DNA from: Terriglobia bacterium | GTDB lineage: Bacteria; Acidobacteriota; Polarisedimenticolia; Polarisedimenticolales; JAIQFR01 | Assembly: GCA_963748015.1 (NCBI GenBank) | Contig: CAVVHE010000004.1 | Span: 1,312,001-1,376,000 of the forward strand | DNA: 64,000 bases | Reading direction: 5' to 3' | Part shown: positions 23,040 to 34,543 of the stretch, one piece after another | Layout of the letters: every line of letters begins with the position of its first letter | Numbering within the stretch: the stretch's first letter is position 1 | The notes under the pieces: generated by a model | Told to the model about the DNA's origin: nothing | The model's input: the letters and a program-made list of their open reading frames with translations, nothing else | Databases searched by the model: none | Made by a program: the position numbers and the translations under genes

Positions 23040-23637
23040 ATGGGCGGGTAACATGTGGATGTGTACGGGTGGGATGGTCATGAGGTCGGATTCGCTTTGG
23101 AGGTCGGCCTTGCCGCCTCGGACGCTGCTCACTCTCCCCGGAGGACAGCGACCCAACCTCGACGCTTCCGAAGCCGGACCCTTGGGTCGGCTTCTCCCAC
23201 CTTTCGCCCTTGGCCCGGAACCGCTCCCGAGGCGGCCTGGCCGTGGGCTCATGCCAACCCACCGCTGGAGTCTCGACCCGTGCCTGGGAAGCTATTGTCC
23301 GGGGAGAGCGAGCAGCGTCTGAGGTTCCGGTCCCACAAGCCATCGAGTCGCCCTTCGTCGCCGCCGTGAGTGTGCCGGTGCCCCGCGAGGGGTCCGCGCT
23401 CGGGAATTCGATCACGCTCGAGTGAATTCTCTCCCCATTTTCCTCGGTTCGACGTAAATTCCCGACCCTGTCCCGCGGACGAAGATTTCGGGTCCGTCCG
23501 CTGCTGGGGATCCGGGGGGGTGCTAGCCCCGGCTGGCGGCGGGTTCGATAGGGCCCCGCGCAGCCCACCTCCCCCTTGGGGAGTGCGCGGTGCCGGCCTC
23601 GAGGGCGGTGGCTCACGCCACCGCCCTTCTTTTTTTT
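23040..23637 (+). ncRNA. candidate ~600-nt structured non-coding RNA of unknown family
   Basis: No credible ORF; 27-bp long-range helix 23116-23142/23298-23324; many hairpins with G-U pairs and a GCGA tetraloop on the + strand; bounded by a promoter and an intrinsic terminator. Confidence 0.6.
23602..23637 (+). terminator. intrinsic terminator
   Basis: AGGGCGGTGGC-TCAC-GCCACCGCCCT followed by TCTTTTTTT. Confidence 0.9.
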
Positions 23638-23673
23638 CAGCGCCGTCGTGCCGCCAAGACCCGGCCTCCGCGC

Positions 23674-23703
23674 TTGACCCGCTTCGGCGGCGGGCGCTAT
23701 CTT
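23674..23703 (+). promoter_or_regulatory. sigma70-like promoter for nnr-tsaE (TTGACC-18-TATCTT)
   Basis: Lies between the terminator and the nnr start codon. Confidence 0.5.
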
Positions 23704-23751
23704 CCGGGCGGGCAACCTCTTCGCGCGATCCGGGCCAGGCGGGAGCGATCC

Positions 23752-25338
23752 ATGGAAATCCTCACGGGCGAGCAGATGCGCCGGGTGGACCGGAGGGCGA
23801 TCGACGCCCTCGGGATCCCGGGAATCCTGCTCATGGAGTCCGCCGGGCGCGGGATCGCCGAGGCGCTGCTCGCGGACTATCCCGACGCCCGTGGACGCGG
23901 TGTCCTGATCCTGTGCGGCAAGGGGAACAACGGCGGCGACGGCCTCGTCGCGGCCCGGTTCCTGGCGCGCGCCGGAACCGTCCCGCAGGTGATCCTTCTC
24001 GCCGACGGCGGAGAGCTCTCGGGCGACGCGGCCACCAACCTGAAGGCCGCGCGCGCGAGCGGGCTCGACGTCATCGAGGCGCCGGACGAGAAGGCCTGGG
24101 AACGTCAATCGTCGGTTCTTTCGCCGAGGGGCCCGGTCGTGCTCGACGCGATCCTGGGCACCGGCGCGCGCGGGGGCGCGCGGGGGCTTGCGGCCCGCGT
24201 GATCGCCGACCTGAACCGCTCCCGTGCGACGGTCGTGTCGGTGGACCTTCCCTCGGGGCTCGACGCCGACTCGGCCCTCGTGGAAGGGCCCGCGGTGCGG
24301 GCGGCACGGACCTACACGCTCTGCCGGCCGAAAGTCCCGCTCGCGATGGAGCCGGCCTCGCAGCTATGCGGCGCGTGGAGGGTCTTGCCGATAGGCATCC
24401 CGGACGCCGCCGTCGCCGCGGAGAAGCCCGGCCTCGAGTGGCTGGACGCGGCCGCGGTCCGCGGCCTCCTTCCCGCGCGGGACGCGGGCGCGCACAAGGG
24501 GACCTACGGCCACCTGCTCGCGGTGGCCGGCGCTCGAGGGAAAGCGGGCGCGGCGGTGCTCGTCGCGCGCGCGGCCCTGCGTTCGGGCGTCGGGCTCGTG
24601 ACCGCCGCCACGCCTGCGTCGACTCTCCCCGTCGTCGCGGCGCAGCAGGCGGAGGTGATGACGGAGCCGCTCGACGAGACCGCCTCGGGTACCGTCGCGG
24701 CGTCGGCCGGCGCGCGAGTCCTGGAGCTGCTCGCCACGCGGGATGCCCTGGCGATCGGTCCCGGCCTGGGGACCGAAGCGCCGACGCGGGAGATGGTCGC
24801 GTCCGTGCTGGCGCGGCGGGCGTGTCCCGCCGTCGTGGACGCGGACGCGCTGAACTCGCTGGCCGCCGGCGGCGAAGAGGCGTTCCGCGCCGCCCTATCC
24901 GCGAAGGCGCCCTGGGTGCTGACGCCCCATCCGGGCGAGGCGGCTCGCCTGCTCGGCTCGAGCGTCGGCGCGATCCAGTCCGAACGGCTTTCCGCCGCGC
25001 GGCGCCTCGCCGCGGCGTCCGGCGCCGTGGTCGTCCTGAAAGGCCACCGGACGGTCATCGCGGCGCCCGGGGGCGACGCATCCATCAACGCCAGCGGAAA
25101 CCCCGGCATGGCCACCGCAGGCTCCGGGGACGTCCTCACCGGAATCCTCGGCGCCCTGCTCGCCCGCGGGCTCGACCCGCTGGTCGCGAGCCGGATCGCG
25201 GTCTTCGCCCACGGGGACGCCGGCGACCGGGCCGCGGCGCGGCAGGGTCAAGAAGGGATGATCGCGGCCGATCTTCTCGACGAGCTGCCCGAGGCGCTCG
25301 TCGCGATCGGCGGCGCGGGGGACGTGAAGACGTGGTGA
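23752..25338 (+). CDS. nnr: bifunctional NAD(P)H-hydrate epimerase/dehydratase
   Basis: LMESAG, GKGNNGGDG, HKGTYG, IGPGLG, DADAL, TPHPGE and MATAGSGDVL motifs. Confidence 0.95.
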   Translation: MEILTGEQMRRVDRRAIDALGIPGILLMESAGRGIAEALLADYPDARGRGVLILCGKGNNGGDGLVAARFLARAGTVPQVILLADGGELSGDAATNLKAARASGLDVIEAPDEKAWERQSSVLSPRGPVVLDAILGTGARGGARGLAARVIADLNRSRATVVSVDLPSGLDADSALVEGPAVRAARTYTLCRPKVPLAMEPASQLCGAWRVLPIGIPDAAVAAEKPGLEWLDAAAVRGLLPARDAGAHKGTYGHLLAVAGARGKAGAAVLVARAALRSGVGLVTAATPASTLPVVAAQQAEVMTEPLDETASGTVAASAGARVLELLATRDALAIGPGLGTEAPTREMVASVLARRACPAVVDADALNSLAAGGEEAFRAALSAKAPWVLTPHPGEAARLLGSSVGAIQSERLSAARRLAAASGAVVVLKGHRTVIAAPGGDASINASGNPGMATAGSGDVLTGILGALLARGLDPLVASRIAVFAHGDAGDRAAARQGQEGMIAADLLDELPEALVAIGGAGDVKTW

Positions 25339-25862
25339 CGACGCGACGCTCCAAGCAGACGGCCGGGCCGGCTGCGGCCGCTCCGGGAAAAGCGAGCCCG
25401 GCGGGGCCGCGGACCACCTTCTCTCTGAGCGAGGACGAGACCTACGAGCTCGGGCGGGCGATGGGGCGGAGCCTCCGCGGCGGCGAGTTGATCCTCCTCG
25501 AGGGGGATCTCGGACTCGGCAAGACCGTTTTCGCGCGCGGCGTCGCCGCGGGGCTCGGGGTGAAGCCCGAAGATGTCTCCTCCCCCTCCTTCACGCTGGT
25601 GCAGGAGTACAAGGGAGGGCGGCAGCCGATGTTCCACGTGGACCTCTACCGGCTGGACGACCCCGACGAGGTCGGCACGCTCGGCCTCGAGGACATTCTC
25701 TCGAGCGGGGGCGTGGTGCTGGTCGAGTGGGGCGACAAGCTGCCGCCCTATCTCCGGCGCGACGCCGTCACCGTGCGGTTCCACGACGTCGGAGAGGGCT
25801 CCCGCCAGATCGAGATCGAGGCCGGCCAGAAGCCCTCGGCGCGCCCGCGGGGCGACGCCTAG
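25335..25862 (+). CDS. tsaE: tRNA threonylcarbamoyladenosine biosynthesis ATPase
   Basis: GDLGLGKT, SSPSFTL, HVDLYRL and VEW motifs. Confidence 0.95.
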   Translation: MTTRRSKQTAGPAAAAPGKASPAGPRTTFSLSEDETYELGRAMGRSLRGGELILLEGDLGLGKTVFARGVAAGLGVKPEDVSSPSFTLVQEYKGGRQPMFHVDLYRLDDPDEVGTLGLEDILSSGGVVLVEWGDKLPPYLRRDAVTVRFHDVGEGSRQIEIEAGQKPSARPRGDA

Positions 25863-26629
25863 GGTCTGGGCTTTCCCAGCGAAGCGACCGTCTCCCGGAT
25901 CCGCGCCCGCGTCGCCTCGCTGAACCAGGCATCCAGGAACTCGCCCACCAGCGCCGCCTCCCTGGCGCTCATCGCGGCGAGCGTGTCCGCGCGGAGGTAA
26001 CGCTTCGTCGTCCCGAACGCGACCGGGTCCTTCTCGGCGAACTCGGCCAGGCGGGCGAGGCAGGCGGCCTCGAAGCCGTCCTGCGGCGCCAGCTCGTGCA
26101 CGAGTCCCGCGGCGAGGGCTTCGTCGTCGGAGAAGTTCCGGCCGAGGAGCCCGACCTCGGCGACGTGCTGGGGAGGCACCGATGCGCGGAGCAGGAGCGC
26201 CACCGACCACGGGAGCGGAACGCCGACGCGGACCTCGTTGAGGCCGATCGCGACCCCGCCTCGGCGCAGGATCCTGTAGTCGGCGGTCAGCGCGAGCACG
26301 CACCCGCCCGCGACCGCGTGCCCGGAGAGGGCGGCGACGACCGGCTTCGGCATCGCGTACAGGGCGTGGATCATCGCGGCGAACTTCAGCAGGAAGCGCC
26401 GCATCGAATCGCGGTCGTACTCGAGCAGGCCGACGAGGTCGAGGCCGGGGCAGAACAGCCTGGGATGGGCCGAAGCCAGGAGCACTCCGCGCACCGACGC
26501 GTCGGCCGCGAGCGCGCGGCACTCGGCCGCCAGGTCGTCCGCCAGCGGCTCGTCGATCGCGTTGCCGCGCCCCTTGTCGAGGCGCGCGATCGCGAGGCCG
26601 CCCGATCTTTCGATGACCAGAGTGCTCAT
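25859..26629 (-). CDS. enoyl-CoA hydratase/isomerase family protein
   Basis: FCPGLDL, GHAVAGGC and GLNEVRVG motifs. Confidence 0.9.
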   Translation of the reverse strand: MSTLVIERSGGLAIARLDKGRGNAIDEPLADDLAAECRALAADASVRGVLLASAHPRLFCPGLDLVGLLEYDRDSMRRFLLKFAAMIHALYAMPKPVVAALSGHAVAGGCVLALTADYRILRRGGVAIGLNEVRVGVPLPWSVALLLRASVPPQHVAEVGLLGRNFSDDEALAAGLVHELAPQDGFEAACLARLAEFAEKDPVAFGTTKRYLRADTLAAMSAREAALVGEFLDAWFSEATRARIRETVASLGKPRP

Positions 26630-26663
26630 GGCGCCGAGGCTCCCCGCGGCCGTCCCGTCGCGA

Positions 26664-28181
<1,518 letters not shown>

Positions 28182-28228
28182 CTAGCACCCTGGCGAATCG
28201 GGGTCAGATTCCCCGGTTGCCCGCTCGA

Positions 28229-29272
28229 TCAGCGCTTCGCTCCGCAGCCGGGGCAGAACTTGGCGCTGGACGGGAGGGCGGCGCCGCACCCGGAGCAGTA
28301 GGCCGCGGTGAGCTTGGCTCCGCAGCCGGGGCAGAACTTGGCCCCCGCCGGGAAGGCGGCGCCGCAGGCCGAGCAGGTCCCGGCGGCCGCCGCGGCCGCC
28401 GGCGCCGCGGGGGTCGCCTCTCCCTTCGCGGCCTGCTGCACCATGCCGGGGATCATCATCCCGAGCCCCGCGCCGACCCCCAAGCCGAGACCGGCGGCAG
28501 CGCCACCCGCGGCCGCGCCGCCGGCCTGGGAGGCCGCGGCGTCGCCCATCGCGCGCGCCGCCTTGAAGCGGAGGTAGGCGTTGGGGTCGCCCGCCGCCGC
28601 CATGCCCGCGCGGTCGTCGATGACCTTCTGGACGTCCTCGGGCGGGGTGATCGCGTTGATGAAGAAATCGGCCAGCTCGAGGCCGTACTTCGCGAAGTCC
28701 CCGGCCACGCGCCCCTTGAGGGCCTCCGCCAGCTCGTCGTAGTGCTGCGGGAGGTCGAGCACGGTCTTGAGCGTCTCGCCGAGCACGTCGTTGAGGCGCG
28801 CGACGATCAGGTCTCGCAGGTACGCCTCGATGTCCTCGGTGGCGAACGACCCCATGCTCCCGACGATCTGGTTCACGAAGATCTGCGCGGCCACGACGCG
28901 GGACGCGAAGACCCCGTGCGCCCGGAGACGCACCATCGCGAGCTCGGAGTCCCGGAACGCGACCGGGTCCTTGGTCCCCCATTTCAGGTCGGTGAACACC
29001 TTGCGGCTCACGAAGTACACGTCGGCGCGGAACGGCGAGGTCCCGCCGAACGGCGCCCCGATCAGACGGCCCAGGAGCGGCACGTTCGCCGTGGTCAGCG
29101 TGTGCCGCCCGGTCGTGAACGTGTCGAGCGCCCGCCCGTCCCGGAAGAAGACCGCCCACTGGTTCTCGAGCACCACGAGTTGCGCGCCGAGCTTCAGCTC
29201 GCCGCCGGGCTCGAAGCGGTGCACCATCTCCTGCCCCGTCTCGTCCTTCCACTCGATGACTTGGATGGCCAT
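28229..29272 (-). CDS. SPFH/band 7 domain protein with C-terminal double zinc ribbon (YdjI-like)
   Basis: [19 protein letters not shown] and LKWGT motifs; two CxxC...KFCxxCG repeats. Confidence 0.85.
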   Translation of the reverse strand: MAIQVIEWKDETGQEMVHRFEPGGELKLGAQLVVLENQWAVFFRDGRALDTFTTGRHTLTTANVPLLGRLIGAPFGGTSPFRADVYFVSRKVFTDLKWGTKDPVAFRDSELAMVRLRAHGVFASRVVAAQIFVNQIVGSMGSFATEDIEAYLRDLIVARLNDVLGETLKTVLDLPQHYDELAEALKGRVAGDFAKYGLELADFFINAITPPEDVQKVIDDRAGMAAAGDPNAYLRFKAARAMGDAAASQAGGAAAGGAAAGLGLGVGAGLGMMIPGMVQQAAKGEATPAAPAAAAAAGTCSACGAAFPAGAKFCPGCGAKLTAAYCSGCGAALPSSAKFCPGCGAKR

Positions 29273-29292
29273 GTCGAATTCTCCCGGCCCCG

Positions 29293-29787
29293 TCAGACGG
29301 TGGGCGAGTTGAAGAGGTCACGGCGCCTCGACACCTTCTCGTCGAGATCCGCCGCGCGCCGCTCGAGCGCCTCGATCGCCGCGCCATCGGGCTTCCCCGC
29401 CCCCGCCGCGCGAAGCGCCTCCGCGATTCCGTGCACCTCGGCGAGAAGCGCCTCGTCGTAGGCGTAGAGCCTGTCCAGCTCCGCCTCGCCGATCTTCACC
29501 TGGTCGAAGAACCCGCTGTAGCCGGCATCCGCGTAGCGGAGCGCCGCGACGGTCTTCTGGAGCGAGCGGTCGAGCCGCCCCACCGCGTCGAGCGGCGCCA
29601 GGTCCTTCGCCGCAAGCGCCGAGCGCCGGACGGCGTCGAGTCCCGCGCGCCCCTCGTCGAGCCGCCGCGCGAGGTACTCGCGCAGTCTCCGGTCGGTCTC
29701 CCGGCGCCCCTCCCGGTCGCGGTACCCCTGCACGCCGGGAATCTTCTCGGCGAGTTTCTCGAGGAAGTTCTTCTCGGAAGAAGGCAT
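29293..29787 (-). CDS. conserved hypothetical helical protein, co-transcribed with the SPFH gene
   Basis: [15 protein letters not shown] and [15 protein letters not shown] motifs; genome-like codon usage; 20 bp upstream of the SPFH gene. Confidence 0.75.
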   Translation of the reverse strand: MPSSEKNFLEKLAEKIPGVQGYRDREGRRETDRRLREYLARRLDEGRAGLDAVRRSALAAKDLAPLDAVGRLDRSLQKTVAALRYADAGYSGFFDQVKIGEAELDRLYAYDEALLAEVHGIAEALRAAGAGKPDGAAIEALERRAADLDEKVSRRRDLFNSPTV

Positions 29788-29901
29788 CGGCAAGGCGCAC
29801 CTCCCTGGGGCCGCCCGGGGCGACCGAGGAGAGAATCTAGTCCCGTTGAGCGGAAAATCCAAGACTCGGAGGGCGCTGCCGCCGTCGACCCGCGCGCGGA
29901 C

Positions 29902-32853
29902 CTATCTCCTGTCGTGCGGCACGCGGACGGCGCCGCTCGAGGTCGCCGCGTTGCCGGCGGCGTCCACGGCCCGGTACCGCAGCACGTAGGTCCGCCCGGG
30001 ACCGCTCCCGTCGCGCTCGGCCCGCAGGAGCACGTCGAAGTCGGGTGTGCCTACGGCGGCTCCCCGGATGTCGCCGGTGGTCTTCCCATCCCCTCCTCCG
30101 GGCGCGTCGTCGGGCTCGCTCGACGAGGAGGACAGCAGGAGAACCTCCGGCGCCGGGTCGCACGCATCGGCGGCGCGCACGGAGAAGCGAACGGGAGCAA
30201 GCCGGTGATCCGGCGGCCAGAGCTCGGCGGGACTCGCCTGCACGGTGACGACGGGAGGCGCGGTGTCCGCGACCGTGACCGACGTCTCGCACGTCGCGAC
30301 ATTCCCCGCGCGGTCGGTCACCGTGAGCGTCAGACGGTGGGACCCGAGGCCGAGAAGGACCGAGACGCGCGCGCCCACGGCCAGCGGCGCGCCCCCCTCG
30401 GACCACAGGAAGGAGACGATGTCGTCGTTCGTTCCGGGGGTCGAGTCGGGATCGGTGCTGAGGGAGCCGTCGAGCAAGGCGGTCGCCTGCCGCGCCGCCT
30501 CGCACTCGAGGACCTGGTCGGGACCCGCGATCGCGACCGGCGGCCTGTTCCCGCAGCCATCGGAGTGGATCGCCGTGACCGCGTCGATCCCGGCGCCGGC
30601 GCTCGGACCCGGCGATCCATCTCCCGCCCGGACGGAGGAAATCCTGACGTAACCCGCGAGATCGAGGCCGGCTTGCGTGAGGTCGAGCTGGCATTCGCCC
30701 GCCGGGCACTCGCGCAGGAAGAGGTACTCGGCGCCGTCCGTGCTCGCCTCCACGCGATAGCCTCCCGCCGCGGTCTCGCCGCCGTCCATCGTCGCGTGGA
30801 CGACGAGGTCGGCTCCCGCTCCGCTCCGGACCGGCGGGTCCACGAACAGCACGAGCCCGCCCGGAAGACCCAGCGAGACGGCCCTGCCGTCGGGGGGGCC
30901 CAGGGCATCGGCGGCCGACGCGCCGCCCCCGTCCCCGGGCTCGAACCGGATCACGCGAGCGGCGTGCGCGCACCCCGGGATTGCGCCGTACTCCCACGTG
31001 TCGGCCAGAAACTCGCCGCCGAAGCCTCCGACGATCACCACGCGACCGCGCGCGGTGTCGTAGGTCATCGCGTGGTCGAGACGCGCGCGCGCGCTCGTGG
31101 CGGGCCTCGCCTGCTCCCACGCGAGCCCATCCCACTCCCAGGTGTCGCCCGCCGGGCAGCCGGAGAAGCCGCACCCGCCGAAGAGCACCATGCGTCCGCG
31201 CGCGGCGTCGTACGCCAGACCGTGATCGGAGCGCGCCGGCGGTTCCGCGGCGAGAGGTGCCTGCAGCCACTCGCGGCCGTCCCATTCCCAGGTGTCGGAG
31301 TAGAACGAAAGGGCGTCGAGGCCGCCGAAGAGCACCGTGCGCCCCCGCGTGCCGTCGTAGGCCATCGCGTGGTATGCGCGGGCCACCGGACTCGCCGCGG
31401 GGGCCGCCTCGACCCAGGCGCTCCCGTCCCATTCCCACGTGTCGCCGAGGTACGAGAACCCGTCGGATCCCGCGAAGAGCACCACGCGCCCGCGCGCCCC
31501 GTCGTACGCCATGGCGTGCGCGAAGCGGGCGGGCGGGCCCGCCGCGGGGGTCCGCTCCGTCCACGAGGTCCCGTCCCACTCCCACGTGTCCGCGACCGGA
31601 CCCGATCGCCCGTACCCTCCGAACAGCACGACCCGTCCGCGCGCCGCGTCGTACGCCATGGCGTGGAAGACGCGGGGCGGCGGAGACGTTGCCGGGGTCC
31701 TCTCCCTCCACGCGCTCCCGTCCCACTCCCAGGTGTCCCCGAGAAACGCGAACCCCGCGTAGCCGCCGAAGATCACGACGCGCCCGCGCGCGGCGTCGTA
31801 GGCCGCCGCGTGGTCGGAGCGCGGGGGCGGACTCGCGGCCGGCGTCCTCTCGACCCACGCGCCGTCGAGCCACTCCCAGGTGTCGTCGAGAGGAGCGCGC
31901 CCCGAAAAACCGCCGAAGAGCACGACGCGCTCGGTCGCCGCGTCGTACGCCATGGCGTGGCCGAGGCGCGGCGCGGGCCCGTCGAAGGTCGCCCTCTCGA
32001 CCCATGCGCCGCCGTCCCATTCCCAAGTGTCGCCGAGAGGCGCGTCGCCGTCGTACCCTCCGAAGAGCACCACCCGCCCTCTCGGGCTCTCGTACGCCAT
32101 CCCGTGCCAGAGGCGGCCCGGCGGGCTCGCCGTGGGCGTCCGATCGGTCCAGGAAGCGCCATCCCACTCCCAGGTATCGGAGAGGTACCGGTCGGACCCG
32201 TCGTACGCGTGTCCCCCGAAGAGCACGACGCGTCCCCGCGCGCCGTCGTAGGTCATGGCGGCGTACTCGCGGGGAGGAGGGCCGGCCAAGGCATCCCGCT
32301 CGACCCAGTCGCTCCCGTCCCATTCCCACGTGTCCGCGAGGTTGCCGGCGGCTCCGGCGCCGCCGAAGAGCACGACGCGGCCGCGCGTTGCGTCGTAGGC
32401 CATGGCGGGCCCGTAGCGAGCCGCAGGGCTCGTGGCGGGCGCTCGCTCGACCCAGGCGCTCCCGTCCCACTCCCACGTGTCGCCGAGGCTACGACCGGAG
32501 TAGAACTCGTACCCGCCGAAGAGCACGACGCGGCCGCGCGCCGCGTCGTACGCCATGCCGTGCCCGAAGCGGGCCGGCGGGCTGCTCGCGGGGGTTCGCT
32601 CGACCCAGGCGCTCCCGGTCCACTCCCACGTGTCGCCGAAATCGAAGACGTCGTACTCGTTGGCGCCGCCGAACAGGACTACGCGACCCCGGGCCGCGTC
32701 GTACGCCATCGCGTGACCTTCGCGTAACGCGGGGCTGGCGGCTCCGCTCGCCAGAACCCAGTCCGGCGCGGCAGGCGGCGCGGCAACCCTCGCGTGCGCC
32801 GCGAGCGGCAGCGCCGCCAGGACGAGCGCCATCGTCAAGACCGCTTTTCGCAT
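29902..32853 (-). CDS. secreted Kelch-repeat protein: 12 repeats, jelly-roll-like domain, PKD/HYR-like Ig domains
   Basis: Signal peptide; 12 copies of AYD..RGRVVLFGG...DTWEW; NRPPVAIAGPDQ...LDGSLS..PD and DTAPP...LWPP Ig-like tail. Confidence 0.85.
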   Translation of the reverse strand: MRKAVLTMALVLAALPLAAHARVAAPPAAPDWVLASGAASPALREGHAMAYDAARGRVVLFGGANEYDVFDFGDTWEWTGSAWVERTPASSPPARFGHGMAYDAARGRVVLFGGYEFYSGRSLGDTWEWDGSAWVERAPATSPAARYGPAMAYDATRGRVVLFGGAGAAGNLADTWEWDGSDWVERDALAGPPPREYAAMTYDGARGRVVLFGGHAYDGSDRYLSDTWEWDGASWTDRTPTASPPGRLWHGMAYESPRGRVVLFGGYDGDAPLGDTWEWDGGAWVERATFDGPAPRLGHAMAYDAATERVVLFGGFSGRAPLDDTWEWLDGAWVERTPAASPPPRSDHAAAYDAARGRVVIFGGYAGFAFLGDTWEWDGSAWRERTPATSPPPRVFHAMAYDAARGRVVLFGGYGRSGPVADTWEWDGTSWTERTPAAGPPARFAHAMAYDGARGRVVLFAGSDGFSYLGDTWEWDGSAWVEAAPAASPVARAYHAMAYDGTRGRTVLFGGLDALSFYSDTWEWDGREWLQAPLAAEPPARSDHGLAYDAARGRMVLFGGCGFSGCPAGDTWEWDGLAWEQARPATSARARLDHAMTYDTARGRVVIVGGFGGEFLADTWEYGAIPGCAHAARVIRFEPGDGGGASAADALGPPDGRAVSLGLPGGLVLFVDPPVRSGAGADLVVHATMDGGETAAGGYRVEASTDGAEYLFLRECPAGECQLDLTQAGLDLAGYVRISSVRAGDGSPGPSAGAGIDAVTAIHSDGCGNRPPVAIAGPDQVLECEAARQATALLDGSLSTDPDSTPGTNDDIVSFLWSEGGAPLAVGARVSVLLGLGSHRLTLTVTDRAGNVATCETSVTVADTAPPVVTVQASPAELWPPDHRLAPVRFSVRAADACDPAPEVLLLSSSSSEPDDAPGGGDGKTTGDIRGAAVGTPDFDVLLRAERDGSGPGRTYVLRYRAVDAAGNAATSSGAVRVPHDRR

Positions 32854-32957
32854 CAGGGCTCCCGGGACCCGCGCACCCTCCTCCTAGTACGGGCCTCGGC
32901 CCCCGGCGTCAAGGCAAAAGCGGCGTGGAGTCGCGGGCGGGGCGGCCGCGCGAGCGG

Positions 32958-33920
32958 TTAGCGGACCGACACCTGGAGGTCGAGGGTAACGATCTCCATC
33001 CGGCTCCCGCCGGAGTCCCAGGCCATGGCCCGGTCGAAGCGCAGCGTGGTCTCCCCCGGAGCCACCGCCATGAGACGAATTCGGGCAAGAACCCCCGATC
33101 CTGCAACGCCTCGCGCTCGATCGGCGCGGCCGATTCCGACCGCGACATCGCCCGGCCGCGCCTGCCCGTTCGCGATGAAGATCGCGGGGCTGCCATCCTG
33201 GCTGAGGAATTCGCCCTGCAGGGCGTTGACGAACTGGAACACGGCGGGGTCGAAGAGCAGGTGGAACGGAGCGTCCACAACGCCGGAGTCCGTTTCCGCG
33301 ACGACCTCGACCGTCAGAATCTCGCCGATCCCGAGCTGGGACGAGGTGGCCGCCGCTCGAATCGTGACGCGTCCCTTCCCCTCCGGTGCGGCAGCGGCAG
33401 GCGGCGCCGCTGGGGCCGGCGACCCGGTCTCGCTGGGGGACGGTAGCCTCCCGGCGGACACCGCCCGCGGCGCGGTCTTCTCCGGCTTGGGTGACACGGG
33501 AACCGTACGCAGAATCACGCCTCCGGCGGGCCGCTCTTGCGGTCGAGGATCGTTCGAAGGCGGAGCGCCAGCCGGCTGGCTTGACGACTGCGCGCCGGAT
33601 TTCGTGCGTTCCGGAGGTGCTGATGGCCCCGGCGCGGATCGGCTCGAGCTCGCGGAATTCGCCTGTCCCTGGTCCCCCGAAGCTACGGCATTCGACGTGG
33701 CCGATTCGGCACCCGCCCTCGAGGCCGCATCGTCTTGTTCCCGGCTCCGCGCGGCTCCGGCGGACGAGGATGCTTCCGTCGACTCGGACCGCCCCGCCGC
33801 CTCGGATGGCCCTCGCTGTGCCGTCCGGCTCACACACGCGGCGGCACAACCGAGAAGGCATGCCGCGAGACCGAGCGCGCGAAGCGCTCTTCCGGAGGCG
33901 CCCGCGAACGTCCACCTCAT
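32958..33920 (-). CDS. putative lipoprotein with disordered linker and C-terminal cohesin-like domain
   Basis: Lipobox-like LLGC/AAAC; Ser/Pro/Ala linker; APFHLLFDPAVF...GEFL...GSGVLARIRLMAVAPGETTLRF. Confidence 0.7.
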   Translation of the reverse strand: MRWTFAGASGRALRALGLAACLLGCAAACVSRTAQRGPSEAAGRSESTEASSSAGAARSREQDDAASRAGAESATSNAVASGDQGQANSASSSRSAPGPSAPPERTKSGAQSSSQPAGAPPSNDPRPQERPAGGVILRTVPVSPKPEKTAPRAVSAGRLPSPSETGSPAPAAPPAAAAPEGKGRVTIRAAATSSQLGIGEILTVEVVAETDSGVVDAPFHLLFDPAVFQFVNALQGEFLSQDGSPAIFIANGQARPGDVAVGIGRADRARGVAGSGVLARIRLMAVAPGETTLRFDRAMAWDSGGSRMEIVTLDLQVSVR

Positions 33921-33939
33921 CCCAACTGCCCCGTCATGC

Positions 33940-34533
33940 TCACGAATAGGACAGCGAGAGCCCGTCCTTGAAAATGATCCCGCCGATCTTCGCCCCGGTC
34001 GGACTCACGGCTTCCGCGTTCTCGAAGCGCAGCGGCAGCGGGCCGACCGTCTGCGTTCCGACCAGCCTGAACGAGAGCCGCAGGACGAGGTTCTGCGGGT
34101 CGATTCCACCGACCCCGCCGCTCGGTCCGCCGCGGTGAATTCCCACGACGACGCGCCCCGGGTCCCCGCTCGAGGCCTCCGCGGCGAGCAGCGGGGTGAC
34201 GCCGCCCTGATCGAGAAGCGTTCCCTGTGCCGCGCTGCCGTCAACGAAGACGACTTTCGTCGAGTCGAACACGATGTCGAAGTTGAAGCCCTCGATGTTC
34301 GAGACGCCCGTCGGTCCGCCGACCACCACCTCGACCAATTCCGTCGTCGAGTCGACCTTTCCAGCGCAGGCGAGAACGACCTCGTTCGCCACGGGTTCGC
34401 TCGAAGAGCATTGAAGGGCCGGAGGCGCGGTCCCGCCGCCGCCGCAGGACGAGGCGAGGATCACGCCGAGAATTGCGACGGGAATTCCGGCGACTCCCCT
34501 GCCGAAGGGGTCCTGGTTCCGCATGCGCCTCAT
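33940..34533 (-). CDS. putative lipoprotein with cohesin-like domain
   Basis: Lipobox-like LASSC; GFNFDIVFDSTKVVF...GTLL...GRVVVGIHR...LRLSF. Confidence 0.7.
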   Translation of the reverse strand: MRRMRNQDPFGRGVAGIPVAILGVILASSCGGGGTAPPALQCSSSEPVANEVVLACAGKVDSTTELVEVVVGGPTGVSNIEGFNFDIVFDSTKVVFVDGSAAQGTLLDQGGVTPLLAAEASSGDPGRVVVGIHRGGPSGGVGGIDPQNLVLRLSFRLVGTQTVGPLPLRFENAEAVSPTGAKIGGIIFKDGLSLSYS

Positions 34534-34543
34534 GGCCTGCCCC

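Noticed and set aside
23014..23425. Small ORFs (102, 104 and 71 aa) inside the candidate ncRNA
   Set aside because: No recognisable motifs, atypical codon usage, and long-range pairing explains the sequence better. Not formally excluded.
23440..23560. GGTTCGA T-loop-like motifs suggesting tRNA or tmRNA
   Set aside because: No cloverleaf, acceptor stem or CCA end could be built.
29431..33446. Very long + strand ORFs (1098 aa, 821 aa) and many similar long overlapping ORFs across the window
   Set aside because: They are Arg/Pro/Gly-rich antisense or off-frame shadows of real genes, expected from stop-codon scarcity at high GC.
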